The translations under genes were made by a program, and so were the position numbers. A stretch of 64,000 bases of DNA from a virus (lineage: Duplodnaviria; Caudoviricetes): the IMG/VR virus record IMGVR_UViG_3300011616_000001, positions 20,730 through 84,729 of that record. One strand, given 5' to 3'. Position 1 is the stretch's first letter. Every line of letters starts with the position of its first letter. Below the pieces are notes generated by a model. The model was given only the letters and a program-made list of their open reading frames with translations. It did no database searches and was not told where the DNA came from. Below are positions 29,147 through 38,612 of this stretch, piece by piece.

Positions 29147-30994
29147 TTATAATTTTCGTAAAACTGGCTGCTTAGACATGATGAATTTGGACGGATCAAT
29201 GTATTCAGACGAAGGTCTTTCGATAATTTTACCCTTCCTCATACGAGCCAAGTACCAACAGAGGAGACCGTACACGAAAACTCTATCATCATGCATTATA
29301 TTCCTTTTATCTGGAGGGAAATCGTATCTTACATTACCAGCATTAACATATTTACACATGGTAACAATTTCTGTTTTCATTAGATCGATCTGAACTAAGG
29401 CGTTTTTCTCATCGAGAGATAGGTCGTATCGATTTTCATTTCCATCGTCATCGATAGAGATGATATAATCCTTCCCCTCTGAATCTGCTGGGAATGAAAC
29501 AACCCCAAGCTTAGTCATTTTTTCGGCGGCATCAAAAATTTCGTTTCGATGAGATTTGGGATCTACCAATTTCATGATATCAATTGCATCTCTAAATCTT
29601 CGGGCCGTAGCTTCATTAGCCTTATGTGATTTATCTATGACACCTTTGTGTGTTTTTCCATCCTTACCTGTCCAGTTTTCAAGCATATAATCAGAAACAC
29701 CACCAATCATTTGACCACCAGATCCAGAATCACAAATAACAGCCTCAATGTTTTCATAATCGAGTTTTTTGCGAAACGATCCATTATATTCTAAAAGAAG
29801 ATCTTGGAATCTTTTTACCTGATCAGGCAGAATCATAGGTGTTTTTTTCTTTGTGGAAATATCAACTAGACTTACGACATTAGCAATATTCATACACCAT
29901 CCACGTTCCTCATCATCAAATAATTCTGCGATACCAATAATGCTGTTGTCATTCAATCTGGCAGAATCCCATGCGATTAGAAAAAGTCTGTTCCCAGTAT
30001 CATTGGTTAACAATGGTGGATTTAATTTTGTGTGTTGCATAATTTCGCGTCTTGTTAAAATCTGTCCCTCATGTGAATCTGCGCTAAACTTATTGTATAA
30101 TTCTCTTAACGCTTTATCTCGATTATCCCCCATTGCCTTATCAACCTTGTCCTGGCTAATCAATGCGGGATACTGTTCTCCATTGTATTTGGCTTTCATA
30201 ACCATGTCGATATTGTAGTTACATACAAAATACTTAGGATCTCCCATGATCATTCGCTCAGAGAAGTATCGGAATTTTTTATAATATTCTGATGATGTAT
30301 CTGATGCAGAGGATGCATACAATAGTTGCCGGGGAAGGCCTTTAGGTTCCAAGGTAATATCAACATTCCCACCGAGTTTAAAGTTTTCATCCTGGTTTAC
30401 GAAGTTTTCAGCCTGTACAAAAAGTTCATCAGAAAACCATCCGGCCTCATCAAAACATACCAAATTGGCTCTTTTCCCTTTTATATTGGTGATATCACTG
30501 TTTAGTGTGTTTATTTCAGCACCATTAAAGAGTACGCAAGTGAATGATGCAGGATTATGGACAAAGCCATCTGAGTTAACTCCGTTCTTTTTGAGCTCAT
30601 TGAAAAATACATCTGTGCAACCAGAGAATGATTCTATTTCTCTTTTAGCTATCTTTTCGACCTTCTTGTATACCTCTTTTGCCTGATCACCAGTATTTCC
30701 CAGAAAATATGTAACATGAAATGGGAATAAGAGACTTCGAGTCATCGTATATACACCTAGTTTTGTTGTTTTTCCGGCATTCCTTGATTCGAGCCATAGT
30801 ACAAAATCTCTAGACCAAGAATTGTAAAAAGCGAATTTTTGAAGGTCTAGTAATTCTATTCCCATAAACCGACTTGTAAATTCAACTGGGTAAATTCGGC
30901 CCCACTGAATCACCTGGCAATATTTATCGTACGTTTCAAGTTTTCGTTGTGAGATCTCTTTCTGAGACGGTTTGTTGAATATAGTAACTGCCAT
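29147..30994 (-). CDS. Terminase large subunit
   Basis: Walker A SRNAGKTT, Walker B VCFDEAG, motif III YASSAS, RNase H-like IAWDSAR...DNS and MHDDR. Confidence 0.92.
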   Translation of the reverse strand: MAVTIFNKPSQKEISQRKLETYDKYCQVIQWGRIYPVEFTSRFMGIELLDLQKFAFYNSWSRDFVLWLESRNAGKTTKLGVYTMTRSLLFPFHVTYFLGNTGDQAKEVYKKVEKIAKREIESFSGCTDVFFNELKKNGVNSDGFVHNPASFTCVLFNGAEINTLNSDITNIKGKRANLVCFDEAGWFSDELFVQAENFVNQDENFKLGGNVDITLEPKGLPRQLLYASSASDTSSEYYKKFRYFSERMIMGDPKYFVCNYNIDMVMKAKYNGEQYPALISQDKVDKAMGDNRDKALRELYNKFSADSHEGQILTRREIMQHTKLNPPLLTNDTGNRLFLIAWDSARLNDNSIIGIAELFDDEERGWCMNIANVVSLVDISTKKKTPMILPDQVKRFQDLLLEYNGSFRKKLDYENIEAVICDSGSGGQMIGGVSDYMLENWTGKDGKTHKGVIDKSHKANEATARRFRDAIDIMKLVDPKSHRNEIFDAAEKMTKLGVVSFPADSEGKDYIISIDDDGNENRYDLSLDEKNALVQIDLMKTEIVTMCKYVNAGNVRYDFPPDKRNIMHDDRVFVYGLLCWYLARMRKGKIIERPSSEYIDPSKFIMSKQPVLRKL

Positions 30995-32115
30995 TATGTC
31001 TCACCTACTTTTGGTATATCATTTGTACTTTTTAAATGCTTGATCTCGATTTTTTGCAACCTCACTTGCTCTTCAAGTTTCATGATCTTATCATGTAGAA
31101 CAACAACTTCTTGAGACTGATCAGCTAGCATTTTTGCATATTCATCTGATGTGAAATTTAGTTCTTCAAATAATGCTTTAGCATTGTCGGCAGCTATTTC
31201 TTTATACGATTCAGAGAGTTTGATATCGATCAAATTTACCTTTATCTCCTCAAAACCATTTTCTCCCATCTCTTTCATGATATTTGTAAGAGTGGTGCTG
31301 CCTCGACCACCTTTGCCAGAACTTTTTGCAGATAGCCCATTTTCACTTGCAATGGAGTTGATTGCTTTTTCAAGACGGTCTTTTATTGCTGTGAGAGAGC
31401 TGATGATAGAATTATCAGGAGATTTTTTTCGTAATTCACTATTTATCAATTTATCTACATTGTCTAACTGGAGCGTGGTTTTAACCAGAGACATGACTCG
31501 TTGCATTTTGTGTGGATCTTCTAATACGTCATCAGTCAAATAGTCTGCCATCGTATTAAATAGGAATTTTCTGTTGGTATCAGTGTAATTTTCATCTTCA
31601 AAACAGTCATAGCCAACCGACTGCAGAACATAGTTTTTATTTTTGATGTCGGAGGAGTTCCATCTGATCTCACTGTTTTCTCGCATTTCATCCACTGTTT
31701 TTAACCCATCTTGCAATAAATTGATGAGAAAAGTAGTGAAGTTTTTAGCCTTGTACTGTGTCCCATTTAATAGTTTTGCATAGTTTCCTAGTGAAAAATT
31801 AGCATTATCTCTTGTTTTTTCATATAGTTCCTCTGAAAAGTACAAATCAAGGTAATGACACATGATTATGAGTGCAATTTTTTCGTCTTTATATTTATAT
31901 TTATTTTCTTTATATAGTTCATTGGCACACTCAAAGCAAATGCTCGTATATAGTTCATTAGCGGTATAGAGAGGACTGGTCTTTGACATAAAAAAATTAC
32001 CTTTGGGGTCATCCAGTTTTTTGCCACACCGCGTACACTTATATGTGGGAGAAGAGTGAGATTTAGTGTCATCATAGCGTTTAGTATTTGGTGCTTTTGG
32101 TTTTGTGGTGGCTAT
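30994..32115 (-). CDS. Zn-finger protein, candidate terminase small subunit (apparent ATA start)
   Basis: Frame is open 42 codons upstream of the track ATG (31989) and adds CTRC, completing a CxxC...CxxC pair with CFEC; SD-like AAGGATGGTG precedes ATA 32115. Confidence 0.65.
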   Translation of the reverse strand: MATTKPKAPNTKRYDDTKSHSSPTYKCTRCGKKLDDPKGNFFMSKTSPLYTANELYTSICFECANELYKENKYKYKDEKIALIIMCHYLDLYFSEELYEKTRDNANFSLGNYAKLLNGTQYKAKNFTTFLINLLQDGLKTVDEMRENSEIRWNSSDIKNKNYVLQSVGYDCFEDENYTDTNRKFLFNTMADYLTDDVLEDPHKMQRVMSLVKTTLQLDNVDKLINSELRKKSPDNSIISSLTAIKDRLEKAINSIASENGLSAKSSGKGGRGSTTLTNIMKEMGENGFEEIKVNLIDIKLSESYKEIAADNAKALFEELNFTSDEYAKMLADQSQEVVVLHDKIMKLEEQVRLQKIEIKHLKSTNDIPKVGET

Positions 32116-32370
32116 ATGATCACCATCCTTTCATTCTTCAAATATCGTTGAAATGGCTGTTTAAAGCCAAAAATAAAAAGTGCCTCATCAATAAATGAGA
32201 CACCTTTAGATCGTCCTAATAGGGCATTAATTTATGATTTTATGCAGTTTTCTCTGGAATGGATATAGGTTTAAAGTGTCTAGTCCCACTTGTCAATATT
32301 CAAAAATATGGGGTTAATAGAGCAGAATGAGCAATCTCGACCCTTACAAAACGAATATTGGGGTTTTTAA

Positions 32371-32718
32371 TTACAGGTGCTTATCAACAACTTTGTCTAG
32401 CTGCGTTTTGGCATAAGATTCGACCTTGGCAAAGGTTTTTTCAACGAGATGAGAGATAAAGTCCTCGGTAAAAATGAATTTTGCCCAACGTGGAACCAGA
32501 GCATACAGCTGTTTAACTACATAATTGTGCTTGTCAGTACCGGCCTTTTTAACGTTTATGTACTCCATTTCAGCTTCAGCGATAAAACCATCTGCCTTGC
32601 TGGTTAATTCGGCACAGATATTTTTGATTTCGGCCTTTGTTTTTATATAAATGGCTACGCCGCCAAAAATAAGTAAAGCAATAAACTTTACGACTTCCAG
32701 AATCATATCAGGATTCAT
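32371..32718 (-). CDS. Holin (LL-H-like, putative)
   Basis: One N-terminal TM segment, then AEMEY...GTDKHNYVV...LVEKTF. Confidence 0.65.
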   Translation of the reverse strand: MNPDMILEVVKFIALLIFGGVAIYIKTKAEIKNICAELTSKADGFIAEAEMEYINVKKAGTDKHNYVVKQLYALVPRWAKFIFTEDFISHLVEKTFAKVESYAKTQLDKVVDKHL

Positions 32719-32745
32719 TAAATGCTCCTTTCTGAGCAATTGGTT

Positions 32746-33768
32746 TTAAACGAAAGCATCAAACGCATCGTCTTCATCGTCCCGGATGACATAATGCTTT
32801 GAGGTGGTTTCGCTAGATTCGTGACCCAGTAGTTTCTGAGCCGTCTCAAGAGACTTGTGTTCATGAACAACCAGATTGGTGGCTCTCGACTCTCTGAGTA
32901 AATGCGGATGAACTCTCCGCCCTACAATTTTTTCGAATAGGCCATTACACCAGTTATTGAATGTACCCTCACCAACCTGTGTGGTTACCCCATTCTTCTG
33001 TTTTATGACAAACATGTATGGACAATCGTCATCCCCACGTATTTCGAGCCACTTCTTCAGAACATCCATGACATCCTGCCCGAATTGCAGCTTGCGGACT
33101 TTCCCGACTTTTGATCTGCCCTTACACCTTATGTCATGCGTTTTGTACGCCACGGAGATGATTTCAGATATATTTCCATTCTCATCTCTGATTTGAACAG
33201 GTTTTTCCTGGGGAGTATATTCAACCACCTCTTTAAGCAGTTGCCGCGTCTCAGCCCTACGGCATCCGGTACTATAGGAGAATTTTAAGTAGGCTAATTT
33301 TTGCCATTCTCCAAGCTCAGTCAATCTTGTGCACAGGTTGTTATACTCGGCGGGAGTGAGTGGTTCCTTCTTGTGTACATACCCTGTCTTGATTACGACC
33401 ATCTCTGAAGTGACATAGTTCCGGAACATCGGATATTCCTCTTCATAATAAGACTCGATGAATTTGTTTAACGCACTAACTGCTGATTTTTTGAATTTGA
33501 TTGCAGAGTCGGACAAACCACGGTTGGTTAACCAATTCAGATATCTCAAAAACTCTTTTTTCTTAATATCAACGCAATCTTTATTCTTTAGATTTTCTTT
33601 TACCCACCAGAAATAGATTCTCAGGGCGGAAGTGTATGCAGTTTGAGTTTTTACGGAGAGGTGGGTTTGGTTACTAAGATAGTCCTGAACCATTTCTCGA
33701 TTAAATGTGGACACCTCACCCCACATTTCCTCTGTCACATCATCAGATCGTTTAGCGATTTCACTCAT
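32746..33768 (-). CDS. Tyrosine recombinase
   Basis: STGCRRAE (R), HPHLLRES (HxxR), LLGHES (H), TSKHY (Y) all intact. Confidence 0.92.
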   Translation of the reverse strand: MSEIAKRSDDVTEEMWGEVSTFNREMVQDYLSNQTHLSVKTQTAYTSALRIYFWWVKENLKNKDCVDIKKKEFLRYLNWLTNRGLSDSAIKFKKSAVSALNKFIESYYEEEYPMFRNYVTSEMVVIKTGYVHKKEPLTPAEYNNLCTRLTELGEWQKLAYLKFSYSTGCRRAETRQLLKEVVEYTPQEKPVQIRDENGNISEIISVAYKTHDIRCKGRSKVGKVRKLQFGQDVMDVLKKWLEIRGDDDCPYMFVIKQKNGVTTQVGEGTFNNWCNGLFEKIVGRRVHPHLLRESRATNLVVHEHKSLETAQKLLGHESSETTSKHYVIRDDEDDAFDAFV

Positions 33769-33820
33769 ATAAACACCCCCTTTCTTGCAAATAAAAATGA
33801 CCAGTCACGTCAATGTGCGG

Positions 33821-33967
33821 TCACAGTTTGATTTTTTTATATAATTCTTCGATTGTCACATTCTCGCCAACAGAGATACCAGTATCTAGCAGATCGACAA
33901 GTAATCCTTCCAGCAGCTTCGCCTCATCATACGTGAGGTTGACTGTTTTTACGCTCTCATCATACAT
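33821..33967 (-). CDS. 48-aa hypothetical protein
   Basis: MYDESVKTVNLTYDEAKLLEGLL...; SD GGGGTG upstream. Confidence 0.45.
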   Translation of the reverse strand: MYDESVKTVNLTYDEAKLLEGLLVDLLDTGISVGENVTIEELYKKIKL

Positions 33968-33982
33968 TTGATCACCCCTATT

Positions 33983-34273
33983 CTATTTATTTACAGCGTT
34001 TTTAAACGCTTTACCAGCTTTGAATTTAGGAGTGTTACATGCAGCAACGGTCATAGATTCTCCCGTTTTAGGATTTCGGCCCTCGCGCTCAACTCGGCGT
34101 GTTACACTGTAAGTGCCGAAGCCTGTAATGTTGATTGTTTTACCGGCAGCAGTCTCATTTTTGATTATGTTGTTATATGAATCAATCACCTCTTCGATGA
34201 TTTTTTTGCTCATTCCGGTCTGAGCTGCAACCATATTGATGATATTGGGTTTATTTAGTTTTGTTTCGCTCAT
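33983..34273 (-). CDS. hup: HU-family DNA-binding protein
   Basis: INITGFGTYSVTRRVEREGRNPKTGESM...PKFKAGKAFKNAV. Confidence 0.95.
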   Translation of the reverse strand: MSETKLNKPNIINMVAAQTGMSKKIIEEVIDSYNNIIKNETAAGKTINITGFGTYSVTRRVEREGRNPKTGESMTVAACNTPKFKAGKAFKNAVNK

Positions 34274-34285
34274 GTTAAGGGCTCC

Positions 34286-35512
34286 TTAGTTTAGTTTGAT
34301 GTTATATGTAGATTCACGCCCATCATCAGGGTTGAACATCATTAATGTCTGTCCTGCTTTAGAATACAATCGTTTATCATTAGAATAATCATCAGCACCA
34401 CATAACGATCTGATCAATATATTTTCAATGTCAAATGATTCAAATTCTTCGAGATGGTGTTTGTCGGCCGATACTGTATAATCGATTGTCTCACCATAAA
34501 GCCGGGAGAACAGAGTATTGACAGTAACTCCTAAATTGCGGAACTTATCCAGATCTCCATGAACACAACAAATATTGAATCCTAAAATGTTGAGTTTAGT
34601 AAACTCCTTGTATTCAGATTCGATTATTTCTACTTTGGGATTATTCTGGAATCGCTGTTTTAACCACCAGGGAATAATTTTTTCCATGTTGTCAGAGTGG
34701 ATACTATCGTTCTTGTTCTGTATAGTTCTCAGATGATTTCCATAGCAGGAGTGCACTCTGATATCGTTGGTTATAACGGAAAGCTCCTGAATCATTTGGG
34801 CCATGATTTCAGCTACATGCATGAGCTGATCACAAGTATCCTCTTCTGAAGCAACTCGGCAAGATGAATGAATACCGCCGTGTGCAGCATCACCAAGTAA
34901 AACAATGGATAGCTTGCTGATTTTATTTAGTGACAAATATTCTTTGACCTTGCCTGTCAGTTTGATGACACGCTGCTTACATATATCGGTGTTATATTTG
35001 TTCCAAATGTTGTCAGTAACCATACCATAGTGCCAGTCGGCCAGAAATAAAACAGCTTCTTTTTGGTTATTGGTCTGAATGTATTGGGTGAAATCCAGTG
35101 GTCTCTCTCTATTTAGACGTTCTGCAGACTCGATCAATTTCTCTGTAAGATTGTCAGAACGAGCATCGGAGATACGCAATTTGTTATACTCCCGGCGCTG
35201 ATCAAACACTTGTCTCTTGACTTTGTAAAGTTCATCTTTTTGTTGCTGAAGTTCTTTGAAGTATTTTTCTTCATTCAGGCAATTGAATACACCAGCTTCG
35301 AAATATTGTTTTGCTGTTTGATATGGCTTTCGATAAGCAGATTCCTGATAATATTTATCGTCATGTCTAAACTCTTTATTTATCAGATCTGCTAGGTCTG
35401 ACCATGTCAAATCTATCATGCCAGAGTCCTTCAGCTGACCTAAGCGCCAAGTATATTGCTCTTCGTTTTCGTCTTTCTGTCTGTGTAAATCAGTATTAAT
35501 AAGCCAATCCAC
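34286..35512 (-). CDS. Calcineurin-like metallophosphoesterase with N-terminal HTH/coiled coil
   Basis: LADWHYG, LLGDAAHG, YGNH, VHGD, ADKHH motifs. Confidence 0.88.
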   Translation of the reverse strand: MDWLINTDLHRQKDENEEQYTWRLGQLKDSGMIDLTWSDLADLINKEFRHDDKYYQESAYRKPYQTAKQYFEAGVFNCLNEEKYFKELQQQKDELYKVKRQVFDQRREYNKLRISDARSDNLTEKLIESAERLNRERPLDFTQYIQTNNQKEAVLFLADWHYGMVTDNIWNKYNTDICKQRVIKLTGKVKEYLSLNKISKLSIVLLGDAAHGGIHSSCRVASEEDTCDQLMHVAEIMAQMIQELSVITNDIRVHSCYGNHLRTIQNKNDSIHSDNMEKIIPWWLKQRFQNNPKVEIIESEYKEFTKLNILGFNICCVHGDLDKFRNLGVTVNTLFSRLYGETIDYTVSADKHHLEEFESFDIENILIRSLCGADDYSNDKRLYSKAGQTLMMFNPDDGRESTYNIKLN

Positions 35513-35558
35513 CTTTCTTGATAAATAAATGTTAATATAGGTTTAAGATATAATAGAA

Positions 35559-35600
35559 ATAGCAGCAGTATCAGAAGACTTTCTGATACCACTGCCAATC
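35559..35600. terminator. Hairpin downstream of the RNA polymerase gene
   Basis: GCAGTATCAGAAG...TTCTGATACCACTGC imperfect stem; U-tract weak. Confidence 0.4.
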
Positions 35601-35762
35601 ATGATGTGATGAAATTTATTGTCTATCCTAAGTCTCCCTTATGAGGTGGTGAAAAAACGTTTAGTTCTAAGCATAATTTGCACTTGGAAAATGACAACTC
35701 AGAACTTTTTTCGGTATTTTACTTGACACTCAAGGGTTTTTCGGCGTTATAAGTGGCTAAAA

Positions 35763-38600
35763 CTATGATTCGATTGCCTGGTAAGAGTGGGCAATCCTTT
35801 TAAAAGGTATATCATATAGTTTGATTTCGCCAGAGGGGGCTTCTTCAAGATATGTTGCATGAGCCCGGGCATTTATAATCAATTCTATTAAATCGTCATT
35901 CTTGTGACCAAACAAAACACCGAATAGAGTTTTTGAAATATCTTTATACTCAGGCATGTCTATATACCTAACTAATGCGTACATAGTGTCGGGGTTGATT
36001 TTAATCTTTCTGATATCATGTAGTAAATCAGTCCGGTATGCTTCAGTCAAAAAATGCTTTTCAGCGGAAGAGTAGTATTCCCTGCTCCAAATGAACTGTA
36101 TACCCTTAGTGGTTTCTCGACATCTCGAAACTATCATTTTTAGCTGTTTACGATTAACGGAATTAGTATTATATCCTTCAAAGTAGAAACATTTAGACAA
36201 CGGGAAAAACTCAGTTGGCTTTGATTTTGATGATTTGTATTTATTGAGTATTTTTAAAACAAAATCCATTGTTGTGTGGTGATACACATATTTTTTTCTT
36301 GCGCAATTTTTATAACCCTTGGATTGTGCAATAAATCCGAGAAAGGCTGGTTTTATCATTTTTTTGTCAAAAGTATATTCCATCCACCTTTTTTTGATTT
36401 TTCTTATTTCTTTGTCAGACGATATATCGAACTCTTTTTTTGCCTTATCTATTTCTATACACGATAAAACATTTAGTATGCATATGTCATAATAGAGATC
36501 CTTCACATCTTCGTAGCAATCTATTAGCCTTTTATTTGATTTGTTTATGTACTCCCACATCATTGTATTTAGTTCTTGTGATAGATTTACAATTTCCCCG
36601 ATCTTATTTTCACTGGTTTTATAATCGAGATCAGCCTTATTCTCATTTGTGTAATATCTTTGAGACTTTCTGGCTTTTACAAGATTAGCCGGAATCTTAA
36701 AAACATTATAGTTTCTCAGTGCAGCTGTAATCAGGATTTCATTATCAGTAACAATCATTTGATCTGAGTCAAAGTCAGCACCACTCAAACGCTCTAAAAT
36801 GTTTTCTTTTATCGCATTTATACAGACTATTTCTGGTGTGAGATTAAAATATATATCAATCAGGTCGTGCTTCATATTTGTGGTGATAAGAATATTTGAG
36901 GTTGATATGTGTGGACTTCTGCAACCCAACAACTTCTTACCATAGGGGTAACGCCGTGTATGTATATTACCAGGAGGGAGAGAAGACTCTCCGCTAAATG
37001 CCCCTAGCGTATGTAGCAGCATCTCATATGGATTGCCGAATAAAACTGAGTAGTTTCCGTCAATTAATATGTGGCCCATTTTGAGATTTTTCAAATAGGA
37101 TTTACAAGTTTCTTTTTTGAAGTCATAGAAGTACTTAGTGTTTGCGAAATCGGAAGAGATATTTAACATCTTATACACAATTTCATTCTTGTTTGTCAGG
37201 ACATTATCGATTTCTGCTTCGTTATCTTGTATTTCACACTTGATATGATATTTTAGAACATCGGTGTCGGTGTTTAGGTAGTTGACATACTCCAGTGATG
37301 GGTTTAGTAATTTTTTGATCTCTGTTTCTGATAACTGCAATGTATTTAATAATTGGTAATGGGCCTGAACCATTCTCCCATCAAAGTAATGTGTTTTTTT
37401 ATCGTGTTTTACAACACTAAAGGTCGAATCAATATTTGTTAACCAATCTGTAAGTGATCCAAACTTGATGTATTTAATGCTATTAGGAGTTGTAACCAGT
37501 TTTATATCTTCTATCCTTGAAGCAAAAGTGATTGACTCTGGGTGAAGTTGAGAGATGTTTGTAATATTATTATCTCGAAACCATTGTTGTAAGTTTGTAT
37601 TAAAGCAACATGATTTGAAAAACCTGTTTCTCAGAAGCATCATACCATAGCAAGAGTATTTGCCCATGATACTCATATCAATTAAAGACTGACCATCAAA
37701 GATTGAATTTGATATGTTAGCAACACCTTCTCGGACGCATATGTCATTTTTATCATCCATTTCGACAATAATAGACTCTTCCTGAACATTACTGTCATAA
37801 TCAGGTATAATCAGAATGTTTCTAGGATCGATATCTATGATATCAATGGCACTGCTCGTTGGCAGTGAGATATAGGATTCAAGGGCGGCTAGGTCTATAC
37901 TTTGCCCATCTTGAATATCCAAACCACACATTTCCCAAGCATGAAGTGGGGGATATAGTCTCTCATCAATGAAAAGACATTTTCCTACTCTGGCAGAACC
38001 AGAAGATCTTTTAAAGCGAACATAATGTTTGCCATTACAATTAAAGCCATTTTCATATAAATATTCTCTCAGTTCTTTTTTGGTCAGTTCTACATGGATA
38101 TTTTTTGCGACATAATTCCATGTCCCGTTTTCGTTTTCCTCAAATGAAAAGCCTCGTGGTAAATCAAAACTTGTTTCCTGGTGTGTGGGGACATTTGTAA
38201 TTACACCAACAATAATGCCGTCGATAGTGGCGATATTATCCTTGAATATAAGTTCATCCAAAAAATACCCACTCATAACAAAAGTATTCTTCTTTAACTT
38301 ATTAAAGGCCTTGCTGCTATACTCAAAGGTCACATTGATTATCTTGTCACTGTAATCTTTTCCGTTGTGCTGAAATGTAAGCGGTTCTTTTTTGGGGAGT
38401 ATCTCTCTTGCTACTTCAGTGAGCTTCATTTTATCCAAACTGAAGTCGAATGAATTACGAAATCTGTTGTAATTAATATCTCCATTTTTTGTTATTAAAC
38501 GATATCCTGTTTGATTCTGTTCAGCGTTGTGTGATGTATTTGCTAAATATAAATCTTTAGCATCTATACTTGGAATGTAAATGCATTTTCTTGAGTTTAT
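35763..38600 (-). CDS. yonO: YonO-like single-subunit RNA polymerase (apparent ATA start, 945 aa)
   Basis: YVRFKRSSGSARVGKCLF, RNRFFKSCCF, RSPH, catalytic GADFDSD (36762-36776), IGEIVNLSQ, EIDKAKK; frame open 54 codons upstream of 38438 to an ATA 8 nt after AGGAGG. Confidence 0.85.
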   Translation of the reverse strand: MNSRKCIYIPSIDAKDLYLANTSHNAEQNQTGYRLITKNGDINYNRFRNSFDFSLDKMKLTEVAREILPKKEPLTFQHNGKDYSDKIINVTFEYSSKAFNKLKKNTFVMSGYFLDELIFKDNIATIDGIIVGVITNVPTHQETSFDLPRGFSFEENENGTWNYVAKNIHVELTKKELREYLYENGFNCNGKHYVRFKRSSGSARVGKCLFIDERLYPPLHAWEMCGLDIQDGQSIDLAALESYISLPTSSAIDIIDIDPRNILIIPDYDSNVQEESIIVEMDDKNDICVREGVANISNSIFDGQSLIDMSIMGKYSCYGMMLLRNRFFKSCCFNTNLQQWFRDNNITNISQLHPESITFASRIEDIKLVTTPNSIKYIKFGSLTDWLTNIDSTFSVVKHDKKTHYFDGRMVQAHYQLLNTLQLSETEIKKLLNPSLEYVNYLNTDTDVLKYHIKCEIQDNEAEIDNVLTNKNEIVYKMLNISSDFANTKYFYDFKKETCKSYLKNLKMGHILIDGNYSVLFGNPYEMLLHTLGAFSGESSLPPGNIHTRRYPYGKKLLGCRSPHISTSNILITTNMKHDLIDIYFNLTPEIVCINAIKENILERLSGADFDSDQMIVTDNEILITAALRNYNVFKIPANLVKARKSQRYYTNENKADLDYKTSENKIGEIVNLSQELNTMMWEYINKSNKRLIDCYEDVKDLYYDICILNVLSCIEIDKAKKEFDISSDKEIRKIKKRWMEYTFDKKMIKPAFLGFIAQSKGYKNCARKKYVYHHTTMDFVLKILNKYKSSKSKPTEFFPLSKCFYFEGYNTNSVNRKQLKMIVSRCRETTKGIQFIWSREYYSSAEKHFLTEAYRTDLLHDIRKIKINPDTMYALVRYIDMPEYKDISKTLFGVLFGHKNDDLIELIINARAHATYLEEAPSGEIKLYDIPFKRIAHSYQAIES

Positions 38601-38612
38601 GTTTCTGTCCTC

